Shown here: positions 63,592 to 64,000 of the stretch, one piece after another | How the letters are laid out: the number at the start of each line of letters is the position of its first letter | How positions within the stretch are numbered: the first letter of the stretch is position 1 | Source: Podarcis bocagei | Taxonomy: Eukaryota | Length of the DNA: 64,000 bases | Direction: 5' to 3' (one strand) | Assembly: GCA_964188305.1 (NCBI GenBank) | Contig: OZ076892.1 | Position numbers and translations under genes: made by a program | Notes under the pieces: generated by a model | Database searches by the model: none | Told to the model about the DNA's origin: nothing | Seen by the model: only the letters and a program-made list of their open reading frames with translations

Positions 63592-64000
63592 ACCTTGTGC
63601 AAAAAAATGTGGCTAGAATCCTCAGGAATTCACCACAGGCTGTCTCAGATCCACAGCATCAAAGGGTGGCAAGAAAGTTATTATTGAAATAGCCTGCTAA
63701 AAGCTGCTTTTGTCGTAGAATTGGATCCTTTCTTTCTTTTTTCATTTTTTTAGTCATGTTAGATTAATGAGAGGCAACTCCCGAATCTGCATCTCTTTTG
63801 CTGATATCGTGTGGAAGCCAACCCTGGCAATAGAGAACTCAAGGGGACTCCGGACATTGTTGCTTTGCCGGTCCTTTCCTGAACGTATTTCATTTCTGTA
63901 TTACTGTATGAAAACTTAAGTTTTAATACCATTCCACAGGACACTAAGGACCCTATTCAGAGACTGTTTGTGTCCCGTGGAAGGGGCTTTTAATGTACTG

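Noticed and set aside
1-64000. Prokaryotic systems (CRISPR arrays, operons, defence islands, rRNA/tRNA genes)
   Set aside because: The sequence is vertebrate intergenic/intronic DNA. There is no repeat-spacer periodicity or gene-dense organisation, and tRNA-like boxes occur only within SINEs.

Overview
Vertebrate nuclear DNA, not prokaryotic. The repeat content (Squam3-like SINE, squamate L2/CR1/L1 fragments, hAT and Tc1/mariner MITEs) points to a squamate, most likely a lacertid lizard. It is a draft assembly with three short N gaps. I found no convincing host protein-coding exon; nearly all ORFs in the track are chance ORFs, and the few with recognisable protein similarity are decayed retroelement fragments. 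The main feature is a CpG-island promoter (~36.9-39.1 kb) with a plus-strand first exon ending at a strong splice donor (CCGAG|GTAAGG, 38752/38753). After it come >25 kb of apparent first intron. Upstream lie ~37 kb of gene-free sequence with many MITEs and enhancer-like blocks. This layout is typical of a developmental transcription-factor locus. A FOXP-family gene such as FOXP4 is an unverified hypothesis only. Best second-look items: (1) a probable, very decayed class III (ERV-L-like) reverse-transcriptase fossil at ~16.6-16.9 kb; (2) a strong-Kozak ORF in exon 1 whose stop lies inside the splice donor, overlapped by a 71-codon uORF; (3) a MITE carrying ETS, NRF1 and CRE promoter motifs; (4) octamer/forkhead motif clusters and a transposon-poor zone around the promoter. 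I see no direct evidence for a new biological system. All calls were made by eye, without database searches.
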